Origin: Candidatus Thorarchaeota archaeon
GTDB lineage: Archaea > Asgardarchaeota > Thorarchaeia > Thorarchaeales > Thorarchaeaceae
Assembly: GCA_016839605.1 (NCBI GenBank)
Contig: JAEOTX010000144.1
Location: 1-22,588, forward strand
Length of the DNA stretch: 22,588 nucleotides
Direction of reading: 5' to 3'
Shown: positions 7,491 to 15,747 of the stretch, in pieces
Layout: every line of letters begins with the position of its first letter
How positions within the stretch are numbered: the stretch's first letter is position 1
The notes under the pieces: model-generated
What the model saw: the letters and a program-made list of their open reading frames with translations, nothing else
Told to the model about the DNA's origin: nothing
The model's database searches: none
Position numbers and translations under genes: made by a program

Positions 7491-8141
7491 ATGTCAATCG
7501 GTGAGAAGATTCGAGGTATGCCTAGAGGAGCATTAGTTGGTTTCATAGCGCCGCTAATAGCTCTTGTCTGCATTGTGTTGGCCATAGCGATATCTCCGAC
7601 CTTTGACTGGGTGACGAATGCACTCAGCGATCTTGGACACTACACGAGAACGGACATAGGTCCGAATCCTCTCGTTAGGGCAATTATCTTCAATTTTGGA
7701 TTGGCTACCACAGGTATTCTGCTGATCCTTATCACCCTTGGTTTCCTGAAGCAGATCAATGATTGGCCTACCAGAATTGCGATGCTGCCCTTTCTCATCG
7801 CCGCTGGTTTTCTAACAGCAATTGGCATCTTCTCTGAGAACTTTAGTCCTACTCATTACATCGTGTCAGTGGGTCTTTTCACAACGTTTCCATTTGCTAT
7901 GTGGTTCGTGGGTCTGGCATGGCTGAGATTCAGACATCTGTGGTGGTTCTGTGCCATTTCGCTACTGCTGCCTTTCATCTCCGTCTATATCTGGTGGGGT
8001 ACATTCAATGGCACTGTACCATGGACCGGCATGGCAATACCTGAAATACTCACAGCTATGACCGCGATTCTATGGATCTGGCTATTCCTTACACTTGAGG
8101 TTAAAGGCAAGCTATCTCATCTAGCTACACATTCGGAATGA
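7491..8141 (+). CDS. DUF998-family integral membrane protein
   Basis: FDWVTNALSDLG, IFNFGL, IGIFSE, H..VS..F and AIPE motifs; about 6 TM helices. Confidence 0.85.
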   Translation: MSIGEKIRGMPRGALVGFIAPLIALVCIVLAIAISPTFDWVTNALSDLGHYTRTDIGPNPLVRAIIFNFGLATTGILLILITLGFLKQINDWPTRIAMLPFLIAAGFLTAIGIFSENFSPTHYIVSVGLFTTFPFAMWFVGLAWLRFRHLWWFCAISLLLPFISVYIWWGTFNGTVPWTGMAIPEILTAMTAILWIWLFLTLEVKGKLSHLATHSE

Positions 8142-8259
8142 CTTTGTTTGCGAACAGCTCATTTGTTTCGAGCTCCCTTTTGTAAGAGAACAAGATTTGG
8201 AAGTAAGAAAAGCCCATGCTAGCTAGATGCTGAAATTGCAGTAGCCACCTAGATGTCCC
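8125..8259 (-). pseudogene. 3' remnant of an LLM-class (luciferase-like) flavin/F420 oxidoreductase
   Basis: Minus strand reads GTS...QFQHLASMGFSYFQILFSYKRELETNELFANKVIPNV*, matching the typical LLM C-terminus (G.TYF.....ELFAEKVIP). The rest of the gene is absent. Confidence 0.65.
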
Positions 8260-8327
8260 TCGTTCAGGACCACACTTTTTACATCGAACGCATCACTAGC
8301 GTAAATCCCTTAGATGGTGCCCTTCTT

Positions 8328-9524
8328 ATGGAGAATGAGGTGGAAGTCACAAGAGATCCCTATAGATGGGTCATTCTCGCCTTGGCATGGCTTGCATATT
8401 TTGAATTTGGTCTTTTACTTTCTTCAGTTCCACCGCTTGCTACAGCGATCACAGTTGATCTCTCATTGACCTTCTCTCAAATGGGATTGGTGCTGGGTTC
8501 CGTAATTCTGATGTATGTCCCTTTTGCAATTCCTACAGGCGTCTTGATAGATCGAGTCGGTCAGAGAACTACAATAGCTGCTGGTCTCATTCTGATATCA
8601 TCATCAGCTGTACTCCGTTCGTTTGCAATCAATTTCGAGACACTGTTTCTCACCGTACTCATATTTGGTATGGGTGGACCAACTATCTCAGTCGGTTTAG
8701 CAAAAGTAGTGGCTTCAACATTCAGTGGACGAGAACGTGGATTAGCTTCAGGAATTTACATGTCTGGTGCGGCCATCGGGTCTGGCACGGCACTTGCTTT
8801 GACAAATGCAATCATCATGCCGATAGTTGGCACATGGAGGAACACCTTCACTTTCTATGGTATACTTGGATTCTTGACAGTCGCCGCATGGATTCTCCTT
8901 GTTAAGCAGCCACCGCCGAGCTCGGAGGATATCATGGAAATCCCCTCATTAGGAACGATGTTACGGGGCCTAATTAGATTCAAAAATGTCTGGCTAGTCG
9001 CTATAATCGGGTCTTCAGGATTTCTCATCTTCTACGGGTTCGGCAACTGGCTTCCTACCATGTTGGAAACAAAGGGATTTACACCGGTGGACGCAGGACT
9101 CCTTGCTTCCCTTCCAACTTGGATTGGTCTCATAGCCACTATCATCATACCTGGACTAACAAAGGCAGGTTCAAGACGGCCCGTTATCATTGGTATTTTA
9201 CTCTTTCAAGGCATCAGTATTGTCGTTGTAGAGCTGACCACAGGAGTGTTTCTCATCGCATCGCTAGCCATCTATGGACTGATTAGCGGTGCAATGATGC
9301 CAATCCTGCTTGTTGTCTTGATGGACCTTCCCGACATCGGGGCAGAATACACTGGAGTTGCGAGTGGAATATACTTCTCAACTGGCGCAGCCTGTGGATT
9401 CATTGGTCCACCCATTGTTGGTTATCTCACTGACATGACTGGAACGTTCTTGCCTGCGGTAATTTTATTGGCACTTGTGATGGAGGCAATGATAGCTTTG
9501 ACACTAGTACTGAAGGAGAAATAG
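8328..9524 (+). CDS. MFS transporter (CynX/NimT-like)
   Basis: YRWVIL start, GVLIDRVGQR motif A, ERGLASG, WLPTML, GPPIVGYLTD; about 12 TM. ATG 8328 with GGTG SD is preferred over 8253. Confidence 0.9.
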   Translation: MENEVEVTRDPYRWVILALAWLAYFEFGLLLSSVPPLATAITVDLSLTFSQMGLVLGSVILMYVPFAIPTGVLIDRVGQRTTIAAGLILISSSAVLRSFAINFETLFLTVLIFGMGGPTISVGLAKVVASTFSGRERGLASGIYMSGAAIGSGTALALTNAIIMPIVGTWRNTFTFYGILGFLTVAAWILLVKQPPPSSEDIMEIPSLGTMLRGLIRFKNVWLVAIIGSSGFLIFYGFGNWLPTMLETKGFTPVDAGLLASLPTWIGLIATIIIPGLTKAGSRRPVIIGILLFQGISIVVVELTTGVFLIASLAIYGLISGAMMPILLVVLMDLPDIGAEYTGVASGIYFSTGAACGFIGPPIVGYLTDMTGTFLPAVILLALVMEAMIALTLVLKEK

Positions 9525-9546
9525 TGTCATGGCACTTGACATCATG

Positions 9547-9675
9547 ATTGTCCTTCTGATACGCATAGACTGCGTTCTCCACCCCACCAGCAAACCTTAG
9601 GTCATCAGAGGATAGTCCATACTGTTAACATGCCTGTTTGAGGTGCTTCTTAGAAACAGTTCCTTCCATACTCAT
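9547..9675 (-). pseudogene. 5' remnant of an APH-family phosphotransferase (YerI/AmiN/homoserine kinase II-like) with in-frame stop
   Basis: Minus strand reads MSMEGTVSKKHLKQAC*QYGLSSDDLRFAGGVENAVYAYQKDN (TAA at 9627-9625). This matches the family N-terminus A..RYG....L..IGGFENFVYEY.KDG. Similarity stops just short of the MFS stop codon. Confidence 0.65.
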
Positions 9676-9751
9676 GGACTCTGCCTGCTCAATTGCGAAA
9701 TTACGCTCTCTCACTAACGCAGTATTCCAGCGTCCTTAGATAGAAATCACG

Positions 9752-9787
9752 AAAAGAAGTAAGAAGAGAACCCCGAGCGGGGCTCTC
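9752..9787 (-). terminator. Hairpin + U-rich tract terminating the oxidoreductase operon
   Basis: Minus strand GAGAGCCCC-GCTC-GGGGTTCTC followed by TTCTTACTTCTTTT, 8 nt after the stop at 9796. Confidence 0.7.
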
Positions 9788-9795
9788 AAATTGCA

Positions 9796-11106
9796 CTACT
9801 CTATCAGCTGATCAAGCAACTCCAGTAATTCGACAACTTCAAGTTTCGAACCTACCGCAGAGAGGTCCTCACCAGTTTCTTCCTCTTTTTTCTTGAGAGC
9901 CTTCACTGCATCCGTGAAGTTTGTGATGCAGAATGGGCAGCTGGTCAACAAGACTTCAGCACCTGTCGAAGCAGCCTCTCTGACTCTCTCCAAGGCGGTC
10001 TCCATGGCCATGTCGGAGAACTGAGTCTTTACTCCTCCTCCAGCTCCGCAACAGAAGCTGTTGCCCTTGATCCTGTACATTTCAGCAAGCTCAAGACCTG
10101 GAATAGCCGCCAGTACTTCACGTGGACGGTTGTACCAAGCCTCCTTAGCCTTCGTTGCATTTCTACTATCAAGAAGCCAGTTGTCGGACTTCTCAAGTAT
10201 CTCCTTCTCGATTGCCAGACCGATGTGCCGTATGGTATGACACGGGTCGTGCCACGTGACCTTCTTGTTGTACGGCTTCTCTATCTTGAGCTTTCCGTCT
10301 AGGATGAGGTCAAGGATTATGTCCGGGGTGTGCTTCACGTCGAAAGGCAATGGCTCGCCGCTCTGCTTAGGATAGTCCACCTTGAAGGTCCTATAGCATC
10401 CTGCGCATGAGAATGCCAGTAGATCGAAATCCTTGAACATCTCCAAGTTCTCTCTCATTACTTTCTTGAAAGTGTCCTTCTGACCTGTTCGCAAGATTGG
10501 CGATCCGCAGCAGACCTCGTCTGATAGAACTGTGAAGTCAATTCCAACCTTACTGAGAATGCTCGCAGTGTGCTTGGCAATATGTTGCTGCCTGTACGCC
10601 CCGGTGCAACCTACGTAGTACGCCACCTTTGCATCTTTCCTATCTCGGATTCCGTCAAACCATGCAGTGCGCTCTTCTCTTGGGTCATTATAGGGATTCC
10701 TCAGCTCCTCCTTCTCAACCCTATCACCAATGACTTGGTGTCTGCTCAAAGGGGCCACTCCCGCATCAATGATGGCTGCTCTGAGCTCCTCAATGACATC
10801 CACTGTGTCGATATGGTTTGGGCACTGCTCTGCGCACAAACCGCAAGTGGTGCAAGCCTCAATGACTTCGAGCATCTCTTGGCTGGGCTCAATCTCCCCA
10901 TTCAGGAAGGCTCGAGCAATCCACATCCTTCCACTATTGAAGTAACCCTCCCAGCCGTAGATGTTTCCTGAGGGGCAGGACAGGAGCATGCCGGTGAAGT
11001 CCTCGGACTCACCCTCTCTATCTGGCTCGTTAGAGTATGCATATTGACATGCACGGCAGTGAATGCAACGAGCATTGATCTTCCGAAGGTCCTCTAGACT
11101 AGTCAT
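9796..11106 (-). CDS. Fe-S oxidoreductase, HdrD/GlcF type (two 4Fe-4S motifs + two CCG domains)
   Basis: CIHCRAC...CP, CTTCGLCAEQCP, VGC..CCG..SCAGC, HDPCH..CCG..SCPFC. ATG 11106 follows GGAGG (11121-11117). Confidence 0.92.
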   Translation of the reverse strand: MTSLEDLRKINARCIHCRACQYAYSNEPDREGESEDFTGMLLSCPSGNIYGWEGYFNSGRMWIARAFLNGEIEPSQEMLEVIEACTTCGLCAEQCPNHIDTVDVIEELRAAIIDAGVAPLSRHQVIGDRVEKEELRNPYNDPREERTAWFDGIRDRKDAKVAYYVGCTGAYRQQHIAKHTASILSKVGIDFTVLSDEVCCGSPILRTGQKDTFKKVMRENLEMFKDFDLLAFSCAGCYRTFKVDYPKQSGEPLPFDVKHTPDIILDLILDGKLKIEKPYNKKVTWHDPCHTIRHIGLAIEKEILEKSDNWLLDSRNATKAKEAWYNRPREVLAAIPGLELAEMYRIKGNSFCCGAGGGVKTQFSDMAMETALERVREAASTGAEVLLTSCPFCITNFTDAVKALKKKEEETGEDLSAVGSKLEVVELLELLDQLIE

Positions 11107-11170
11107 AGTAATCGCGCCTCCAAGCATTAGTTATCTTTTGAAACTTATGTTGTAGTGATGTTTTCATTCT

Positions 11171-12703
11171 CTACTCCTCCTCCAACGGGTTCGGCAAGTC
11201 TGTAACCGTGCCCCACGGAATGGCTAGTCGCCCAGGATGCAAAATAAGATTCGGGTCTAGCACCTTCCTGAACTTAACCAGCATCCTGTAGTACTCCTTT
11301 GACTTACTGAAAGTTTCAGGGGCATGCACAAACGGATCAGGTCTGTAATTGATCCAACCCTGCTTCAGGAAGCTCTTCGTGGTCTCCAGATTGAACTCGC
11401 GAATCTTGTCATAGATCCCCTTCTCGTCACTGTCGAAACAGAGAATCGGCATCACAATAGCTTGTCTTGCATGGTCTATTGATGCCACCCACATTGTAGG
11501 TGGGAAGCCGTGATTCTCCATTGCAGCACAGTATTCCTCCATCATTTTCGGGCTCTCAAGCCATGGGCAATACCATGTAATGAAAAGGAATCCTGCCTGA
11601 TACAATCCATACGGGACAGCAATCAGATTGGGCTTCTTCAGTCTGGATGCAATCTGTTTGGGATGCAGACTCTGTTGAGGACACTTCGTGTTCTTCTTTA
11701 CCTCGTATTCCTTGTAGGTCTCGTCGATTCGCTTCAGTGCAAAGTCAAGCTCCTCCTGTGACCAAGCCCACACCTCACTGTTCATCCAGTACTCATCGAT
11801 ACCTATCTTCTCGTAGAACTTGTAATCCAATGGGACGTTGGTCTTGGGCCAACGGGTCATCACTAAAGGCCAATTGCCTCCCTGAACCATCACGGTGTTC
11901 TCAGCAAAACCCATCTCATGCTTCCCTATCTCCCAAGCGGGTTCGATTATATGTTCCCAACTGTCCCCGCCATAAGCTACGATAGTCTTGAAGTGAGGAT
12001 GAGGTACTATCTTGATAGCTGCCTTAGTTACTATCCCCATGGAACCTTGAGACCCGAGAAACAGGCCATCAGGATTCGGCCCCACGCCCCACCTATAGAA
12101 TGCCTTTGCGTTGTCAAGTGCCCATGAACCAGTCCGGAACATTTCACCCGATGGTAAGACTATCTCGAGGCCAATGATCATGTCAGCTTGTGGCCCATAT
12201 TTGCCTGTGACCAGAGAGAACCCGCGTTCAATGGCATCACCCAGAATTGTTGCTCCCGGTGGTGCTCCATCAGGGATCGGGGGTGCCCACTCAGGCCATC
12301 TCTTCTTGAAGATACGCCAGGCGTCACCACACCTCACACCTGGTTCAACAACCATGACACGGTTGTCTGTATCAACCTCCATCTTGTTCATTCGGGTCAA
12401 GTCCATCAGAATGCCCCCCGGTTCAATTGCAGGGAGGGCGAAGCCTCCACTCAAACCTCCCGCCGCGGGGGTGATTGGACTGAGGCTCTCGTTGGCTACC
12501 ACGAGAATCTTGGAGACCTCATCAGCGTTCGAGGGTCTCACAATCACCTCAGGCAGAACTGCCTCAAGACCCATAATTCCTCTAGCCATGTAGCTGTGAA
12601 GAAGTGGCTCACTCGTTGTGACGTACTTCTCCCCACATATGGCTTTGAGTTTCGTCACTTCTTCATCTGTGATTTTATTGTAACTCACCAGATAATCCTC
12701 CAT
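11171..12703 (-). CDS. FAD-binding oxidoreductase, VAO/PCMH/GlcD superfamily
   Basis: PEVIVRP, GGILMDLTRMN, VEPGV, GLEIVLPSGE, GPNPDGLFLGSQGSMGIVTK, LDPNLILHPG. Confidence 0.92.
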   Translation of the reverse strand: MEDYLVSYNKITDEEVTKLKAICGEKYVTTSEPLLHSYMARGIMGLEAVLPEVIVRPSNADEVSKILVVANESLSPITPAAGGLSGGFALPAIEPGGILMDLTRMNKMEVDTDNRVMVVEPGVRCGDAWRIFKKRWPEWAPPIPDGAPPGATILGDAIERGFSLVTGKYGPQADMIIGLEIVLPSGEMFRTGSWALDNAKAFYRWGVGPNPDGLFLGSQGSMGIVTKAAIKIVPHPHFKTIVAYGGDSWEHIIEPAWEIGKHEMGFAENTVMVQGGNWPLVMTRWPKTNVPLDYKFYEKIGIDEYWMNSEVWAWSQEELDFALKRIDETYKEYEVKKNTKCPQQSLHPKQIASRLKKPNLIAVPYGLYQAGFLFITWYCPWLESPKMMEEYCAAMENHGFPPTMWVASIDHARQAIVMPILCFDSDEKGIYDKIREFNLETTKSFLKQGWINYRPDPFVHAPETFSKSKEYYRMLVKFRKVLDPNLILHPGRLAIPWGTVTDLPNPLEEE

Positions 12704-12767
12704 GCTCAGTCTGAACGACTGAATGGTGATTTGTCTAAAGCGATACCTCGCTGGATGGTACCCTCAT

Positions 12768-12782
12768 AAATAGGCATCGCCT
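12768..12782 (+). repeat. 15-bp direct repeat copy 1 (AAATAGGCATCGCCT)
   Basis: Identical to 13714-13728. Contains the internal dyad AGGC-ATC-GCCT. Confidence 0.85.
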
Positions 12783-12835
12783 AGCAAAGTTGCGCAGATA
12801 TGTTTGCTTATAGAATAGATAATTCATGGAGCTAG

Positions 12836-13690
12836 ATGAAAGAAGGTGTGGGTATGAGCTCAGAGGATTCTCTTCTCTCACAGAGAATATGGGTGGCATT
12901 CATCATCCTAGAAGCAATTTGGCTAACATTCGGTCTTATGGTCACGTACATCGGTGATATACTAGTTCTAGATTCGACCCTTAGTAGTGTTCTAAGATTC
13001 ATAGTCAGGGGGGTATTACTTCTCCTCATTGTCCCATTCATTCTCAGAATTCCTAATGGTCGACGATCCTTCACCCAATACCTTGAAGACATCAAGCTCA
13101 CAAAATGCAGACCCTTAGCGCGAAATCTAATCATTACAGTTTTATCAACACTTCTTCTTCTATCGGGTTTAGCTCTCACTGGAGTTCTCTATGGTAATTT
13201 CACATTGGATTTCACATTCCTCCTTCCTGAGAACTCGCCAATTCTATTTGTTGCTGTCAATGCAGGCTTGTGGGAGGAGATTATGTGGAGAGGCATCATA
13301 CTAACACTATTCCTCAAGAGGTACCGCATTCGCACATCGATAGCTCTTAACACAGTACTTTTTGCGCTAGCACATCTATCCAATTTGCTAGTAGGACAGA
13401 ACTTGATAGTGATGCTTGGACAGTTGATTTTCGTCTTGATTGCTACTCCATTTATTGCCTATGTCTTCATCAAGACAGAGAGTCTTTTACCTGGGATTCT
13501 AATCCATTTCTCGATTGATGCATTCGGTCCAATCTTCATGAATTCGATGATTCAACCTGGCCCTAGCCTCATTATTGGAGGAATCTACATGTTGGCAGGA
13601 TGGTTCATTGGCAATATTCTAGCCTTTGGATTCCTAAAGGTGTACATGAAAGGAAATAATTCACTAGATGAACCAAATACACACTCTTGA
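12836..13690 (+). CDS. CPBP-family intramembrane metalloprotease (CAAX protease/Abi, Rce1-like)
   Basis: WEEIMWRG, FALAH and ESLLPGILIHFSID motifs; multiple TM helices. Alternative start ATG 12854. Confidence 0.92.
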   Translation: MKEGVGMSSEDSLLSQRIWVAFIILEAIWLTFGLMVTYIGDILVLDSTLSSVLRFIVRGVLLLLIVPFILRIPNGRRSFTQYLEDIKLTKCRPLARNLIITVLSTLLLLSGLALTGVLYGNFTLDFTFLLPENSPILFVAVNAGLWEEIMWRGIILTLFLKRYRIRTSIALNTVLFALAHLSNLLVGQNLIVMLGQLIFVLIATPFIAYVFIKTESLLPGILIHFSIDAFGPIFMNSMIQPGPSLIIGGIYMLAGWFIGNILAFGFLKVYMKGNNSLDEPNTHS

Positions 13691-13713
13691 ACGCTATATG
13701 AAGTTTCTGACAG

Positions 13714-13728
13714 AAATAGGCATCGCCT
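13714..13728 (+). repeat. 15-bp direct repeat copy 2 (AAATAGGCATCGCCT)
   Basis: Identical to 12768-12782. Confidence 0.85.
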
Positions 13729-13781
13729 GATTCATATACTTGCATATTGGATGATTTAACGAGACCATAGTTTTCTAGGAG

Positions 13782-14651
13782 ATGACTGAATTGGATGCAC
13801 ATGCACTTCGAAAGCAATTGGATGCAGACTTTGAGTTGGACAAACGCGAGGAAGGGGACTGGGATGCATTCGATCTAGGTGACTATGTCGTAGAGAATAT
13901 TGGAAAGAAACCAAAGGGTCTGATTCTGGATAATGCAAAGGCAATATCGAAGGTCTATACAGCAGTCTTCCCAAGCGAGAAGGTCTTACGTCGCATTCTC
14001 GACTCAAATGAACGCGATATACTTCTCTTCACCCATCACCCAATGATTTGGGACCCTAGCCCTGATCGAAAACCGTTCATAAACATACCACATGAACTCC
14101 TGGGTCCCCTCAAAGAGCATAGAGTATCCTACTATGCGATACACATTCCACTCGATGCAGTAGGTCCCTATAGTACAGGAGTCTCTTTTGCTAAGGCACT
14201 TGGAGTTCCATCTGAACGCTATTTCTTTGAGTATGGAGGAGTAGAGGTCGGAGTAGTTGGAACGATAGACCTGACTGGACTATCTGAATTTGCGGAGCGA
14301 GTACGCAAAGCTGTGGGCCATGAAGTGAAGGTCTGGACCTATGGGTCTGATGTCATCAAAGATTCACGTGTTGCCGTTGTGGGGGGTGGAGGCTGTGAAC
14401 CAGAAATTGCATCCGATATAGCTGATATGGGAGTGAACACCTATGTCACGGGCATAACGAGGATTATGGAAACCTATCCGCCATCAGCACAGTTCCATGA
14501 GGTCTGCAAGGACAATGAGATCAACGCGATTGGTACCACACACTATTCATCTGAGAAGTTTGCATGTGTCGCAATGGTGGACTACTTCGAGAAGCTGGGT
14601 GTACCTGCCGAGTTCATTGAGGATGAACCATTACTCTCGGACATGGAGTAG
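13782..14651 (+). CDS. NIF3-like dinuclear metal centre protein (DUF34)
   Basis: FTHHP, YAIHIPLD, VAVVGGGG, YVTG, THYSSE. Confidence 0.9.
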   Translation: MTELDAHALRKQLDADFELDKREEGDWDAFDLGDYVVENIGKKPKGLILDNAKAISKVYTAVFPSEKVLRRILDSNERDILLFTHHPMIWDPSPDRKPFINIPHELLGPLKEHRVSYYAIHIPLDAVGPYSTGVSFAKALGVPSERYFFEYGGVEVGVVGTIDLTGLSEFAERVRKAVGHEVKVWTYGSDVIKDSRVAVVGGGGCEPEIASDIADMGVNTYVTGITRIMETYPPSAQFHEVCKDNEINAIGTTHYSSEKFACVAMVDYFEKLGVPAEFIEDEPLLSDME

Positions 14652-14717
14652 CCAGCGTGATGAGACCAAGGGGCTTGAGTCTGACACTCTTTGGGCGCAC
14701 CCATCTCTTTGTTCAAG

Positions 14718-14858
14718 GTGGTTCATATATTTCAAGAATTGATGCTAGCAGACTATGAGAATGCACGAACTCTATTCAACGGATTTGACTTCCAAGTTGT
14801 TGTCAGGGCAGCCATCGAAGGGACTTCCCCCGGAAAGATCTGCGATGATGACACGTAG
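14718..14858 (+). pseudogene. 5' remnant of a GNAT-family acetyltransferase
   Basis: Reads (V)VHIFQELMLADYENARTLFNGFDFQVVVRAAIEGTSPGKICDDDT*. This resembles the N-terminus EL...DY.KVR.LF......I.AVIEG.SPG.I.VDD of long GNAT proteins. A GGTGG SD precedes an ATA (14727) that may be a decayed start. Confidence 0.65.
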
Positions 14859-14878
14859 TTCCTCTATCTTTAATCGTT

Positions 14879-15499
14879 TTACTTTCGTTTCATAATCATT
14901 ACAGCTATAACTACGAACAATCCTATAACTGCAGATATGACATAAACTAAACTGGGTTCAATGGGATTTGATAGTGAAATTGCACCATCCATATTGGCCA
15001 CATTAAACACTGCATCAGATTGATCCCTTCCCCCAGTCACATCCCCGTGTACAACCACTCTGATGAGGTAATTGCTGCCATCAGGAACCTCAGTTGTGTC
15101 CCAGTTGAAACTGGTTTCCTTCAATCCTGTTGCTATGACAACCCACTCTTCGCCACCATCCGCACTATAATAGAGGTCTTGATTGAGCGTTTCACCATTG
15201 AAGGCAAAGGCAATCCATTTGATCGGTTCAGTTCCCCTAAATACTTCGCCACCATTAGGCAGTGTCATCTCTACAAGGGGCGCGCAGACATCACGTGTTC
15301 TCCAAGCACATAGGGGTCTTATTCCATCAGTGTCAGTTTCAGAAGAAGGAATATCTTGTGCTTCATTAGTTTCCCGGCTTAGTCTTCTATCAGAGTCTGT
15401 AAATATCCCAAAGCCAAAAGCAATGAACGATCCCAAAAGCAATACCAGAGTAAAAGCACCAACCCATCTCATGCTGTATCTCATCATATCAGCTCCCAT
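14879..15499 (-). CDS. Membrane-anchored extracellular protein with one Ig-like PNGGE domain
   Basis: N-terminal hydrophobic signal/anchor, then LPNGGEV..IKW..LYYSADGGEEW..I...SFNWDTT.VPDGSNYLIRV..DQSDAVF, then a C-terminal TM followed by KRK. Confidence 0.8.
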   Translation of the reverse strand: MGADMMRYSMRWVGAFTLVLLLGSFIAFGFGIFTDSDRRLSRETNEAQDIPSSETDTDGIRPLCAWRTRDVCAPLVEMTLPNGGEVFRGTEPIKWIAFAFNGETLNQDLYYSADGGEEWVVIATGLKETSFNWDTTEVPDGSNYLIRVVVHGDVTGGRDQSDAVFNVANMDGAISLSNPIEPSLVYVISAVIGLFVVIAVMIMKRK

Positions 15500-15747
15500 A
15501 CTGAAATCTTGTAGGTCCTGTACGGCGAAGAGGTGCTACTCGGAATCGAGCTACACCCAGTCCTTGCAGAGTTCGAATTTCCTAAACTAAGTGATGATTG
15601 CTTTTTAGGTTTCTGAAATGACGATGAAGGTGGCTATCGTGCTACAAATTGCAACTTATACTTAGCAGATACGGAAACCGGTGCTGTATCGAATCTAATA
15701 ATCCATAGATGTTACCCTGCTGGAAGGGCTTCATATGTTTCTGTAGG

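Noticed and set aside
8253-8327. N-terminal extension of the MFS gene from ATG 8253
   Set aside because: It spans the likely promoter (TTTTTACAT) and SD and overlaps the LLM remnant. ATG 8328 fits better.
12768-13728. The two 15-bp repeats as a CRISPR array or IS ends
   Set aside because: There are only two copies, they are too short, the spacing is 946 bp, and there is no cas gene, transposase or terminal inverted repeat.
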